A program made the translations under genes and the position numbers. The notes under the pieces were generated by a model. The model was given only the letters and a program-made list of their open reading frames with translations. It was not told the origin of the DNA and ran no database searches. From Klebsormidium nitens (lineage: Eukaryota > Plantae > Klebsormidiophyceae), in contig DF237209.1 of the NCBI GenBank assembly GCA_000708835.1, positions 56,268-120,267 of the forward strand: DNA of 64,000 nucleotides, in the 5' to 3' direction. Position 1 is the first letter of the stretch. Each line of letters starts with the position of its first letter. Shown one piece after another: positions 37,301-61,529 of this stretch.

Positions 37301-39498
37301 TTTGTCACTTCCGAACGTCACAGATCGTTTCCATAGTTGAAAACAAAGAATGCCCAACATGATATATGGGGATCTCTTGAGCGACAAAGAAGTAAATTTG
37401 ACAGAGTGCAACATACTTATAGATTTCCTAGTGAGTAAATGCTTGATTTGCTGCGCAGCACTGGAACGAGGGCGTGGAGCACGTGGTGCTGCTCAAGGTG
37501 AAAGAAGGCACGCCGCAGGAGAGCGTGACGTCACTGCTGACGGACATGGAGGACTTGCAGGCCGCGGCGGCGCCAAACGTCGTGCAGCTGACGATCGGTG
37601 AGCTCAGCAGCTGGTGGCGCATGTTGCTCGACGTTGCAACACGTGGACGCGGCCGATCTCGCGACATCCGACGTCTGCAGTCACGCGAGCACCTTGTCCC
37701 CTGCGACTAAGTAGAAAACATGTGTTGAAAACATGTGTTGAAAACATGTGTTGAAAACATGTGTTGAAAACATGTGTTGAAAACATGGAACTTCACCATG
37801 GCCTTAAGCGGCCAGGAATGTCAAAGTGCAAACACACAATCTTGCGTTTGTGGGTGCCAGAGGTGACTGCGGGTAAACAACGGAGCAGAAATTACGTGTG
37901 AGCTTCTTTGTACTGGAAGTACTTCGATTACTCAGCGATCAACTGCCGTTTCGTTCTGTCTTTGTCATGTAACGTCACAGTATCTGCACAGGACCATATT
38001 TCAGGGGGTTCGCGGACAAGAGAGGTTTTCAGGGGTTTGAACACCAGAGAGTGTACGCTTTTCCCTCCCGGGTCTGGTAACGTTCACTCTTGACAAGCTG
38101 CCAAAAACGACTTGGATATCTGCACGCAGGCTCAAACGTCTCCAGTCGATCCAAAGGGTACACCCACGCTATGGTTGTGCGCTGCCCGTCCGGTGAGCAT
38201 CCTTTTTGTCCCGTTCCTAGTTCAGACTCTAGCGCCCGATACGGAACCCCCATCTGAAGGGTTTAGTTTCTGAGTTTCCGAATGTGAGTGGCCGGTACGT
38301 CGGCGTCTGCTTCTGCGCGTCTCTGTCCGGGTGTCAGTTCCTGAGCGTCCAGTCCTGAGGAGCCCATTTCTGGGGCAACCACTTTGGAACGTACGGATTT
38401 GGGGTTTCAATTCTGAGGCTTCCATTCTGACCGTGGATCTCTGAGCTTCCGCTGTTCGACGTGTCTGAGACTGAGCGTTCAACCAGTTTGTGACCATCAA
38501 AAACTGTGAGTTCTGACCGTTGAGGATGGGAGTTGAGTGTGAAACTCAATTTGAGCCATTGACTTTGAGCGTGCGAGACTGTCCCTCCACTGCTCAGGTC
38601 CAAATGTGAGCGTTTGTAAATGACTTCCAAGATTCGCCAGTATCATTCCCAGGCCTTCCATCTTGAGCATTCAATTTGGTGCGTCCAACAAGTACTGTCT
38701 GCATATGAGCGTTCAAGCCTTATCTTTGATATGCGAATTTGCACGTTCTCATAAGAAGCCGAACGGTACCGCTCTCTAACAACCATCGAACTCATCTAGT
38801 GCCTTCCCCAAACAGTGCGGCTGCAGAAAAGGTCGAGGCCTATGCTTTTGCATCCAATCTGCAAAAGCTACATCCTTCGTTGCCTCTACTTAAGTATCCC
38901 TGTCGTTCAAGGAGAAGACCTTACGACGCTTGATCGTACTGGAGGATATGGCAGAAGCACCTGAGAAACAATTCCGTTTCCTCTTAAGGAGTGCTTGTTC
39001 CATGGCTTGCTGACAAGCTGACCTCCCTACCCCTGCAGAGGACGATCTCGCGGCTTATAACAAGCATCCAAAGCATCGAGACGTAAGTTCCGCAGACCTT
39101 ACACGCTCTGTCTCTAATGGTCCTGCCGACTCATACTCCCAACTTGTCAAGTACCCACCCCCCCTTCCTTTCAGTCTTCGACTACCGGTGCTCCTCAATA
39201 TGTGCTTTTCTCGATCCCCCTCGTACCGAATTTGCGGGTTTTGCTGCATCTCTACTCCTTCGTAGTGCACATACGGGTTCATTAGAAGTCTACGCGCGTC
39301 CGATGATCGGCATTGGAGGGCTACGGTTGTATCACCGTTGTTTCTGTAACAGTGTGCAGCCGCTGTATTCTTCTAGTGCTCGCGAATGCTGAAACCACTC
39401 TCTGGGCGCAGATCCTCCGCAAGAAAGTGTTGCCCAACTGCGGTTCACTGTTGGCCGTCGACTATAGCATTGATCCCATTGGAGAGCGCCTCATGTAG
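34316..39498 (+). CDS. Stress-responsive A/B barrel (Dabb) protein with two domains and a probable organellar transit peptide
   Basis: Exons are ~34316-34595, ~35062-35170, 35557-35682, ~36211-36350, ~36815-36881, ~37459-37597, 38130-38192, 39039-39082 and 39412-39498. Motifs: KVVEHVTLYQM..GFTHALYARFP and GVEHVVLLKVKEG..RSKGYTHAMVVRCPSEDDLAAYNKHPKHRDILRKKVLPNCGSLLAVDY. The first two exons are less certain. Confidence 0.85.
37714..37787. repeat. 13-bp minisatellite (GAAAACATGTGTT) x5.7, intronic
   Basis: Five perfect units plus a 9-bp partial unit. Confidence 0.97.
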
Positions 39499-40614
39499 AT
39501 TGCAACGCCAAATTGCAACTGACCGGAAACTGACGGAGATCTAGGCTTGACAGTCTGCTCGAAGTATGGTGTCCTGCAAGGTAATTATGTGACCGCAGCC
39601 ATTCCGCCGAAGGGCACGCACGGTGATACTGATTCGCGGTGCTTCAGAGATCTTGCGAAGACGGTGCTGATCGAAGCATGCACCGCTGGTTTTCCGACCC
39701 TATACAAGGACATTGCAATGAAAGAGGAAGAGATTGGTTGTCCCAAATCGCTTGACATGCATCCGGGTACATGTAGTCTCCACTGGCAGGCTTGCATGCC
39801 AGGCATACGCCGCTTGATCTGATTGCTTAGTACACCTTTAGAACGAATCTTTGCCGTATGCGTCGCCCGACGGTACTGAGGTCGAGAGTAGGCTAGCATC
39901 CACTCCCACTCATGCACATGTGACAGTGACGTGCATACACGCACCTGAAGTTGGCGACCCTGCGGCGCTGAATAGGGTTTTGGAAATTTCAAAGGATTGG
40001 GCCATGTGCCATGGTCACCAAGAATGACAGAGGGAATCGCGTGCACCATACGCGCCATACACGTGCATGTAGGTCATGGCCTAACTCGTCGCGATCCGGC
40101 CGGGCCACACGCACTCCCGCAACTTAGCCGCGCAAGAGAGCAGCTAGGCCATGCCTGGCAATCGATACCGTACGACCATATGCATTTTAGAATGTAGATT
40201 GCGCTTGCGCGTGAATTCTGACCGCCTGTTCATCAGCAAGCCGCCTGCATTCTATGCGACTTCGTATATCTTGTGGTCGAGCTGCGGCCGTGCCGCACGT
40301 GGCCCCAATGACTCATTCTTGTGCTAGCTGGCATGGGCGGCCATGGTACGCCAAAATACCGTCTTATGCACGCTGCCTTCCCGCTCAACATTGACGGTCG
40401 AACTCATAACAAGTTACGACACTGAGCGTACTGAGATTCCTCAGCGGGTTGCGAACTCAGCGCGAGCACCATTCCTCCGGGCCAGCCGTGGCTGATCGGA
40501 TATCAATTAATCAACTTGCCGGACGGCCACTCTTGGTAAGATTCGTGGACCAAGCACCCCAGAATCGTAGCCAACACGGACGCAACTTGAACGAACGAGA
40601 ATGTCAGGACGTAG

Positions 40615-43252
40615 TCAAAGCCCGACTGTTTGTAGAAACAGTGATTGATCCGCAAGGCCTGTAAGGATAGTTACCCCGTGCTTGTTGCCTTTGCCGGCTT
40701 CTGTTAGCTCCAACGCCGAGAAAACCCCTGTGCATACCCCCACTGCATGCGCGCCTCCATAGCTGGCCGCTTGGATGTCCGCAGGCTGCATCCAAAGAAA
40801 AACGTCGGCCAACGTAAGTTGGTCAATCAGTTGGACCAAATCAACGGACGTCAGCAGTTTGATAACTCAACATCTGTCACTACTGTTGCCTGATTTCCAC
40901 CTCAAATATGCCAGCTGAAGTGCTTAGCCTGGCGGCAGCCGAAACGAGCAACTCGAAGGATCCGACGAGGATCACCATTTCACTTGATGGACGTACGGAC
41001 CGATGCGTGCTACAACCAAGTCGTCCCTATTTCTGCTCAAAATCAGGCCGGATCCTCTATATTCGCATGCGCTGGACCAGATCCTGCGAGGGAATCAATG
41101 CTTTAGGAAAATAGAAGGACCTCACGCACCATAAAACAACCGGTTTGGATCGTGTTTGATATTCTCCCGCTGACGTAAGTGAACGGTAATACCCTTGGGA
41201 CGACGGAAGTGGCTAAGAGCTATCCTTAGAATTGACAGTGATCTGGCCTCTCAAGCATTGTTCTCCCTCGCTGAGCCATATGCAAGGCTAAGGAAAAGGA
41301 TCAGTCGTGGTCTGCGACCGGGCTTTCTATAAGAGGCTGTAGATGGGGCGAGTCAGCAGGATGAGTGCTCACAGTGTCTCCAACATGAAAGTGCGACTTG
41401 ATACCCCCAGGAAAGAGCTCCTCCGCTCGTCTTCGGGCGACCTTCACCAGCTCGCCGCGTTCGATGTGGTCGCTTCCAAACCTGTGGGATCGAGAATTCG
41501 ATACAATCTCATCATGGATGATACGAGTTTGTAGGACCATCTGTCTCAAGCCCTGTAAGGGACACAGAACAGCCAGACTCGAAGCAAACAAGATACTTGT
41601 AGAAGCGATTCCCGAAGAAAATAAGGACGGTCGAAGTGGTCTTGAATGCATTCATCAATCCAGAAGAAGTAAGCAGATGCGCAAGACGAGGTGCGACGAA
41701 ACCCTTACCCACCAAATTGAGGAGTAGAAAAGAACGGATAGATTCCTAGGGCCATCATCTTCATCCATGCAATCTCTTCCAGGTTCCCAGTCACCTGTTG
41801 CAGGCAGATTGATGTAAGAGCTGGCCAGGGAAGAACCATACGGAAGTAAAATACGGAAGTTATCGGTCATCAAGTCGACCACCGTACAGTTGCGGATCCA
41901 GAATTTCGTCACTGTCAATTGAATGTATTTCAGGCCTCCCTAGCTCAATATGAACACTATCACAAGTACCCCATGGCGAGTGTCTTCCCTCCAGGTCACA
42001 CGTGTAAATCAGTGACCTAAAGCAATATGAATCCCCCGCTGCTGGTAAGCGCAGTCAAGGTCCACAAATCTCGTTCTTTCAACAGCTTGAGGGGAAAGCA
42101 TGTGCGCATGTCATTTGTTTCAATATCACCCTGGTGTGCCACAGGGGATGTCAACTTCATCATTGGAAGGCACCAACGACAGATCTTATCTCACCAGACC
42201 GATCAACACGGTTTTCCTGCTGTGCAACTCCTGCAAAAGGGCCGCAACCCCTGGGAGTATCTCCAACCCAAGTGAGACTTCTTCTGGATGCAGTCTGGCG
42301 TACTCCAGCATCTTGTCTGTAGCTTCTGGCACCCTTGGTTCACTCTGACTTGGTGGCACACCGTAGTGAGCGAGTGTGTTGATCAGGACCTGCTTGTCTG
42401 TGCTGCCATGATGCTGTCCAAGGAGAAGGAAAACGAGTATGGTCAGAAATGTAAACAAGTGTTCATGTTAGGTGGCTTGTTTGGTGGTGTCCAAAGATCG
42501 TAGATTGGTCCACTACGATGCAGCTATCAAGAGTGCCGCTGTTGCGCTGGAGTTTAGCTTGGTCGAGAGTATTTGTGGATTTAAAGTAAGGGATGAGTAT
42601 TGGCTGGGGCAGCTGTTTAACAATGACTCGTCTCCTCCAACGATGTTCATTAGACTTTAGGCCACTGATCTCTCCTTGAAGCGAAGGTCTCTTTAGGCAA
42701 AGAAAGGAGATAACTGCACGCCGTTGAGAGATACAATCTCCGAGGCTGAGCACGATGCCTCTCAAACGATCTTTTCCGATAAGTGGAACTGCAATTAGAA
42801 TTTCACCGCCATCTCGTGCCAATGATGCCATACAGAACGCTGAAATGTTTGAGGTGGGGCAAGACAAGGTCCTGCTTCTAACTTTCAAGAGAATCATCCT
42901 CACAAATACTGTACCTGATAGAGAAGTGCAGAGCCAACTTTTTCCAGCCAAACTGCGACCATCAGGAGACCAAGCTGCAGTGGGGATGTAAATCTACCAC
43001 CGCGGATTCACCACAAAGTCACAGAGCAAGCAGACTAGACCATGACTTTGAGCTTGTTTCAGCTCACTTGGTACAGATCTACCAATACAGACACAGGTAG
43101 CAACCAACCTTGATTGCATCAATCGTGCCGTCCACTCCATAGATTTGTTTCATGACGTAGCTGAACGCCCGTTTATGAAAAGCGTTGGCATCTTCTCCAA
43201 TGGACCTGATCAATGTGCCATCGACGTCAAAGCTGATGAGAACCTGATCCAT
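40615..43252 (-). CDS. HAD-superfamily hydrolase (phosphoglycolate-phosphatase-like)
   Basis: Exons 43252-43109, 42413-42195, 41794-41709, 41481-41373 and 40785-40615. Motif I is ISFDVDGTLI, motif II is LVTGNLEEIA, and motif IV is HVGDT|PADIQAA..GAHAVGVCTG. Confidence 0.9.
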
Positions 43253-43489
43253 CCTGCACAGATGCTGCGCACAAGCCCCAATGTGAAATGGTCATATGGT
43301 GGGACTTTCTTCCTGAGAGATGCAATCCCCCCTTCTTCAACTTCAAGTTCTTCCTAAAATGCCATTGCAGGCTCAAATTTGTGCATTTAAATTTAGTTAT
43401 TAGTAGTACAAGGGCAGGTGCGTTTGCGCGTTTAGGGTTCGCACAATGCAACTTGCAAGGATTGGCTACCTACAACTTCAACAAAGTTT

Positions 43490-43755
43490 TAGGGTTTGGC
43501 TAAGTACATGGTATTATTTACAATCCGACCGTTTTACCGGTACGGAGAGGGTTTGTGTCGATGGTTCTCATCCTATGCTCCTACATCCCCAAGAAGAGCA
43601 TAGGACTACCGCAAGCAGCTAGAGGCGTATACGCCGGATTTTATGACTGAAGGCAGCTTATACTACGTTCTGAAATGTTCAAACTCGTTTTAGGCGACGC
43701 CGAGTACATAGCGCTGAGTGATCCTGCAGAATGATGATCGAGCAGATTAGGGTTT
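43490..43755. promoter_or_regulatory. Telo-box-like TAGGGTTT motifs in the HAD/MDH bidirectional promoter
   Basis: TAGGGTTT occurs at 43490-43497 and 43748-43755, with near-matches at ~43433 (TTTAGGGTTC) and ~43538 (GAGGGTTT). The telo-box is an established plant housekeeping-promoter element; function here is inferred. Confidence 0.45.
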
Positions 43756-44006
43756 GCCTGAAGACGAAGCTTGTGTTTACCGTCAGTCAGAAACACGTGA
43801 TCAGCACGTGGGCACTCTTAGGATACGGGAACCGTCAGATAAGCCTGCTGCCCTGTCAGCAAGCCCGCTGCCCATACTGGCGCAGCATGAGACGACATGT
43901 ATGCTCAGCTTTCCTTACAAATTTTCTTTGCTTCGAGCTGATTGCGCCAAGCTAGCTTTCTTCCATTTCGCCTGCCTGTGCGCCAATTCTGAAGAGACAA
44001 CAAACA

Positions 44007-47133
<3,127 letters not shown>

Positions 47134-47778
47134 GCCAAAACTGACAGCCTTGCAATATGTTTTGTTTTTACGAGTTTCCTTCTGATAGTGCGACCATCAC
47201 AGATTGGTCTCCGAAGAGAAAAGCTTGGGACCCTGCTTTGCTCATCAGGGCAAGACCATGCACGTTGCTTGTCTGACTGAGGATCTTGAAGCCGTTCACA
47301 ACTTTTCAGGTAGTGGAAGCGTCTCACCTTCTTGTCTTTGACCACGTTGAGAGTCTTCGCTTTCGTCTCTCACTTGGGATCCGGCAGAAACTCTCCACTT
47401 TTACGCCTCAGTTCGGGACGGTTTGCCAAGTACTGGAAGCTGTATTGCGATGCTAAATGTTTTTATGTGCACGGTTCGTACAATGATCTGGCGACAAACT
47501 GTGCAACTTACCGAACAACGAGTGACCCGGAACATGTTCAGCTCCGGCCGGATATACCGTTAGCCGCATCTTGCAAGCTAGATTGCTGCCAAGTAGTGTT
47601 GAGCGCGCGAGCCAGAAATCAGTGCAATTTGAAGTCGAGATAAATTAAGTATACATGTGTCCAGAACTTAATATTCGATCCATAATCAGCGCCGCGAGCC
47701 GCCATGCCTATAGCCAGGCTGTTGGTTTGGTGCCAGATCATATGCATGCATGCCATCATAACCCGACATACGTCCAAC

Positions 47779-47992
47779 CAGGGGTCGCCACAGGTTTTCG
47801 AAAATGTCGGCTCAAAGCCGACTCCCTTGTAAATTCTCGGCTTCTCGCCTATATTTTGGGGTACTTGTCGGCTTCTCGCTTTGGCCCCTGCCTCCGGTGT
47901 CGGCTTCGAGCCGGGTACTTCTTAATTTTGTCGGCTTTTCGGAAATTTCAATGTCCCGGGGATCACGGTTAGTCGGCTTGTGCCGACCCCTG
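47779..47992. mobile_element. hAT-type MITE (214 bp)
   Basis: TIRs are CAGGGGTCGCCACA / TGTGCCGACCCCTG (13/14 match). A perfect 8-bp TSD, CGTCCAAC, lies at 47771-47778 and 47993-48000. Internal GTCGGCT/AGCCGAC subterminal motifs repeat. An 8-bp TSD with CAGGG-starting TIRs is typical of hAT. Confidence 0.92.
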
Positions 47993-49388
47993 CGTCCAAC
48001 GCAGGTTCAAACCAGACAACCATCTTACTCAGCTCAAGCTCGAGCTTTCAGTAGACTGGTCTACTGAAAGCATGATTCAAGATTGATATTCAGGACGTGG
48101 CCATGCTGGCATGTTGTATGTTGATCACCATGCACCACCGGCTGGTAGACTCGAGGCAGGCTGGTCGCAACCTTGACGTACACATGTACCGACGATCCCC
48201 CGCGGCCTGCTGATCATTGCCAGAGACTCAAAAAATATCAAGGTTGCTACAACTCGTTCCACTGTTTAAGTGATAGGTACTGGATGGATCCTGACTCAGC
48301 ATGAGGGCAGCTAGGACTGCTACGGTACTTCAATGGTCTCTGCAATATGACCACCACCAGCAAACCGTCCTGGCCGGACGAGCGAACCACTTTTGATTCC
48401 GATTGGACGATCGAGCTGTCCGCCTAGTCACTACCCAAGAGGCTAGCCCATGCCCTTGCCGACCATACCTTAATCAAAATTGTTTGACTGCAATGGTTTC
48501 CGGCCTTGCAACCTTCTAGTCAGCTACATGAAGGTTCACAGAGGACACAAAGAATCAAAATACTCATACGCACCCTACTCCTGGTTCATAAGCAAAGGGG
48601 TCATCTCAAAATCTTGGCTCATGCGTTCTTCGGCTGCACTGCCTTTCGGGGCCCTGTAAGCCAAGCGTACTTGTGTCAATGTCGGTCGCCGGAGTGCAAA
48701 GGAGCAGACTCGAAATGCTATCAACCACATGCTGGTAATCTGCTTCATCGAAATTGCAAACAAATGCAAAATACATCTAGTACTTCCTTCCTGAATCCTT
48801 ATCAACAATAAGCGAAAGACGTTTGTGATTGCCTGCAACTGTTCCATGTGTTCCAAAGACAAGAGAGATACAAGTCTGCTCTTTCAAAAGAGTGGCCGAA
48901 TGTTATCCAAAGAAGGCGCTAAGCTGCTACAGGGCTTGCAATGTTGATGGCCGCTTGTTGCCCTTGATGCTTCTGGACATCCACGGACTAAAACTGTCAG
49001 TATAATATTCATTACAATTGCAATTGGCTCACAATCAGTACAGGGCTTGGAGGCATGTGCACAGCCAAACTCTCCCATGAAAATGCAAGCGTTCAATACC
49101 TACATTGGTTGGAGTCGCTGGCAGCTTTTCACGAGTCACTGGTTCTGACTTTGAACCACTATGGGAGCATGCGGCCCAGAACATGATCATACTTTTGCAG
49201 AAGGCAAACATACGGCATCTGAATGGATTGGACATTTTACTAGCAAGCTCCTACCCGACTGCCAGCCGCAGACTGATTCCCCAACAGGTGTCCTCGGAGG
49301 AAGACGGACTTTAGGATCTTTTTCAGTCTTTGAAGGGTGCTCTACACTTCACAAATGTTTGGAAAAGCACACGGGGGAATGTGGTAGA

Positions 49389-50084
49389 TTAACAAGACGT
49401 CCCCAGCTCACCTGGTAGCCACCCTGACAACCACCCTCCGAGCGTCCAGCCGCTTTGTGGACTCTGACTAGACGCGCGCAACTCTGTTTCTAACTTCCGC
49501 AGCTGCTCTTCAAACCCTGCATTCGGGCAGACTTGCGGCCGCACCTGCTTGACCAGTGTTCTCGCTTCTTCGAGCGAGAGGCCCCTCTCCTTCATCAGGT
49601 ACGCCAGACAGACACAGGGGCTCCTCGATATTCCTGCCGCGCAGTGCACGTAGACCTTGCCGTTGCCGGCTACCCCTTGTGAAATAAACGCAAAAGCTTT
49701 TCCGAACGCTGCTCCGAGCTTCTCCGACTCCTTTTCCTCGTCCCCGATGTCTAAAGACATGTACGAGTATGATTTAAAATGTGTGGGCCGCGTTCGAGTG
49801 CTCTTCATGATACGCAAGATGTGCGTGATGCCCAGTTCTTGCATGAGGTAAGGGCATGCCGCCGTTTCATACCCACCGAGACACAACCCCCCGCCAAGGT
49901 CCGCAAAGTCGTGCATACGCAAAGGGCGCTTGCAAAGGTGACAAGTGGCGCGGACGTGGTTCTCTTGCCAGATGTCCGCGCCTTTCTCTCCAAGCTCAAT
50001 TGCGGCGGCATTGCGTGTTTTTTCTCCATCGTATCCAAATGTGCAGGCGCGCAAACGTTTCCACATTGTGTCTACACGATGCAA
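49389..50084 (-). CDS. Dual-specificity protein phosphatase (atypical DSP), apparently single coding exon
   Basis: The open 231-aa ORF has LGITHIL, the acid loop (LDIGD), the P-loop VYVHCAAGISRS and AYLM..SLEEA..VKQVRPQVCPNAGFEEQL. The start may be ATG 50066. A possible donor (CCAG|GTGAGC) near 49412 could alter the C-terminus. Confidence 0.9.
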   Translation of the reverse strand: MHRVDTMWKRLRACTFGYDGEKTRNAAAIELGEKGADIWQENHVRATCHLCKRPLRMHDFADLGGGLCLGGYETAACPYLMQELGITHILRIMKSTRTRPTHFKSYSYMSLDIGDEEKESEKLGAAFGKAFAFISQGVAGNGKVYVHCAAGISRSPCVCLAYLMKERGLSLEEARTLVKQVRPQVCPNAGFEEQLRKLETELRASSQSPQSGWTLGGWLSGWLPGELGTSC

Positions 50085-50449
50085 CCCGATGGGTCTCGTT
50101 CATGGTTTGCAAAGGCTCAATCTCAGGAAGTGAGAGAGCATAGACCTATACGCCTCTCTCCACCGCATTTCGGTGCGCCTCTGTCCTGCATTTTAGCCAC
50201 AACTTCAAGTAGGTACGGTGAAGTGTACTTTGTAGTTCCTGACACAGCTAGTAGTGACTGTTTCCAACTTTCTTGGTACCAATCCAAGGGGATCACCCTG
50301 CACGTACGGAATTCCAGGGGGTTTAATTTTAAAAACCCTAATAATTTTGCAGAGATTTCAGGCTTAGCTTTTTCTGTCAGCGCACAGGCCAACTCAGACT
50401 GCTGATGTTTTCAAAGTTTCAGAAGTCACTCCTTGCTGAATGCAATGCG

Positions 50450-58957
<8,508 letters not shown>

Positions 58958-60599
58958 CACGCATGCTTGGTGCAGCGGCAGACTACGAGTTTCACAGTGT
59001 CCCTCGAGGAATGGGGTCATAAGATCTGCTCAAATGACGTTACGAGAGCAATGTACTGGCGACAGTAAAGATATAACAAACTAACATATGTTGATTCGAT
59101 CCGCTGCGTCTTATGCGCAGGAGCATGCAATCAACTTAACGAGCGCACGTACGGACAGACGGTTGCAGCGGCTCCGGCTCTGAAATATGTGATCGGATCA
59201 TTGTGGAGGGAAGTAATTAGTCTTACATGAAGTCTGTAGCTCACTCAAGTCACCAGCGCATACTTATGAATAACTTAACGTGCTTGATAATTTTCAGGCC
59301 CTTAGACACTAAGAAGTCTAAGCAGTGGCAGTGATCGACTCAAGTGATGTCAGACATCCATGCCATGCCATGAAGCAATATATATAAACCGATATTCATG
59401 CTGTGTGCGCGGCCGATCCCGGCTTGTTGGTACCGTACGCATGTTGAAAACTTGAAAGCCTGGTGACTCGGGTAAACAGTAAGTATATACTATAGGCCGT
59501 CCAACCGTATTGGTGTTTCATACAGTGTACAACGATAACTTGATCATGAGGTTGCACAGAATCGTCCCTTGCTATCACCGTTCAAACGTCATATATTCAA
59601 GAGCTACCACATGTACGTACGCGCTTTTGTTTGAATATTGTGAGCGCATAAGTTCACCATGTGCGCAGAGCTACAAATGCTATGCCACATATATACCTGC
59701 ACATGCATCATGAATATATATAATTTGTATATGCAATAATAAACAATTAGTACGGTATACTGACTAATCATTTTTTTATTGAATGATCATACATACATAC
59801 CGGTAGATTCATGTTTCAAGACGCGGTACACATCCGACCACGATCGATCAATAAGCTTGAATATTGAGTTCCGACGGTAATGCACATGATACCGAGTATA
59901 CAAGTGCTCCTAGGCTAGCTATCTTGTACGCTTGCATAACTGGTTAGATTGTTCATGTGCATCGCGGGTTACCGTAAAAACTTCTTGGCCCGCTTCGGGC
60001 CGGCTGGGCTCTACCTTAAGGTGCATCACTTTCTGCAGGTATGGTTGTCGGAAGAAGGGCGCCTTCGTCGCCACTTTTCGAAGCTGGCCCAGCTTCGCAC
60101 AGGTTCGCCGTAAACGCCTGGGGTGGCAACTCGAGAAGATTACCGCATACACCTGCGACCAAGGGGTTGGCGAACCTGGTATACTGGTAGGTTTTACAGT
60201 AGTATCTTATTGAAAATTTTGCAACTTACTAGTAGCTTATACTGCAGGATCTTATTGGCAGCTCTGAAATCAAGCAGGTTATAGTGCAAGATCTTACGAC
60301 CAAATATGTAACGAGCATCTTACAGTGTATAGTATCTGTCGGGTGATCGAGGCGGGATCGAGGCACGTAAAGGGAGTAGATTTGGTCGCTGCATGCCATA
60401 TAAGTGCATCGTTTGCATCTTATTGGTTGAAAGATCCGCAAAACATGTAAGATGGGGGGGTCAAAATCCAACAATCTATAGTGCTCTGGAACCGTCTCGT
60501 TATGACGAAGACAAAGACGTATTCCTGTTCTTGAGATTCTGAACGAGCGCTTATGCGGATTCGTCAAGATGATTTTTACTTCGAACATCTGCGGATTCG

Positions 60600-61529
60600 A
60601 AGTTGCCACCCCAGGCGTAAACGGGTCCATTCGAAGCGTCCCGCGGCCATTCCGTTGTGCGACGTGTCGCGTTCTCCCAAACGAATAAGTTTGCCTTGGC
60701 TAATGCTTAAAGGGGGCGTCTGCGACGCGTACCCCTTCCGTCAGGCCCACGATGCCGACGGCACTGTTTTACCCCAAACTCGGTGCCGACGGCAGCTGCC
60801 GCCCGCATTTTTCGGGCATTTTCGTGGCGAACTTTACCCCCAAGAGTGCGCCATATTGTCGCTGCGAAGCCAAGGCCCCGACGCCCCCTTTAAGTCCGAA
60901 GCTTTCCCCTGCACTCGGAAAAAAGAGATGCCTGAGGTAAGTGGGCAGAGGCCAAGCTTAGCAACGAGCAGGAGGATAAGTGGTGCATGTTTAGTGGTAA
61001 TACTCTCCCGGCCACAGGATGCTCTCTTGTGAATCTGGGAGTGAGTTTCTCGAGGAGAGCACAACTCCTAGATGCGTGTCATACGGAACGCAACCACATA
61101 GCCTAATGTTTGAACAACCAGGTATCCGTCCCACGATTTCGCGCAACTCTATGTTTTGCACTCCATGACCCTCGTCTTCAAGGCGTCGTGTGCCCTTCCT
61201 GGGAAATGGAAACCGATTCCTCACTCGTTTGGAAGATGCTCCTCTCTCCTCGATGTACTTCCTTGCGTTACGGTCTTTCCCCTCGCAACACGGTTGTAGA
61301 CGGGGAATGATAAATCTCGTCCGAAAATCTGAACAATCATCAGCAGTGGACCTCCTTACCTGCATTTTGCCGATCCACCCTAGGATACGTTCGTGAGATA
61401 TTGCGCTGATCGCGTGCTCGCACAGGCGGTTGGACCGATGACGTCAGCGTCGGAGCCGGGCGCGCGCGAGCTCGAGGACGCCTCGATCGAGGGCGCCTTT
61501 CCTGGGGCAGGTGTTGAAACGCCTGCGCG
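60600..61529 (-). pseudogene. Inverted degenerate copy of dihydropyrimidinase exons 12 and 13
   Basis: Minus-strand 61529-61360 has an acceptor TGCAG|CGCGCA, the 28-nt identical core GCGCCCGGCTCCGACGCTGACGTCATCG and a donor CAG|GTAAGG, matching 57942-58098. 60600-60710 matches the reverse complement of exon 13 (cgtgtcg..ttctccca.acga..tgccttggct). Confidence 0.85.
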
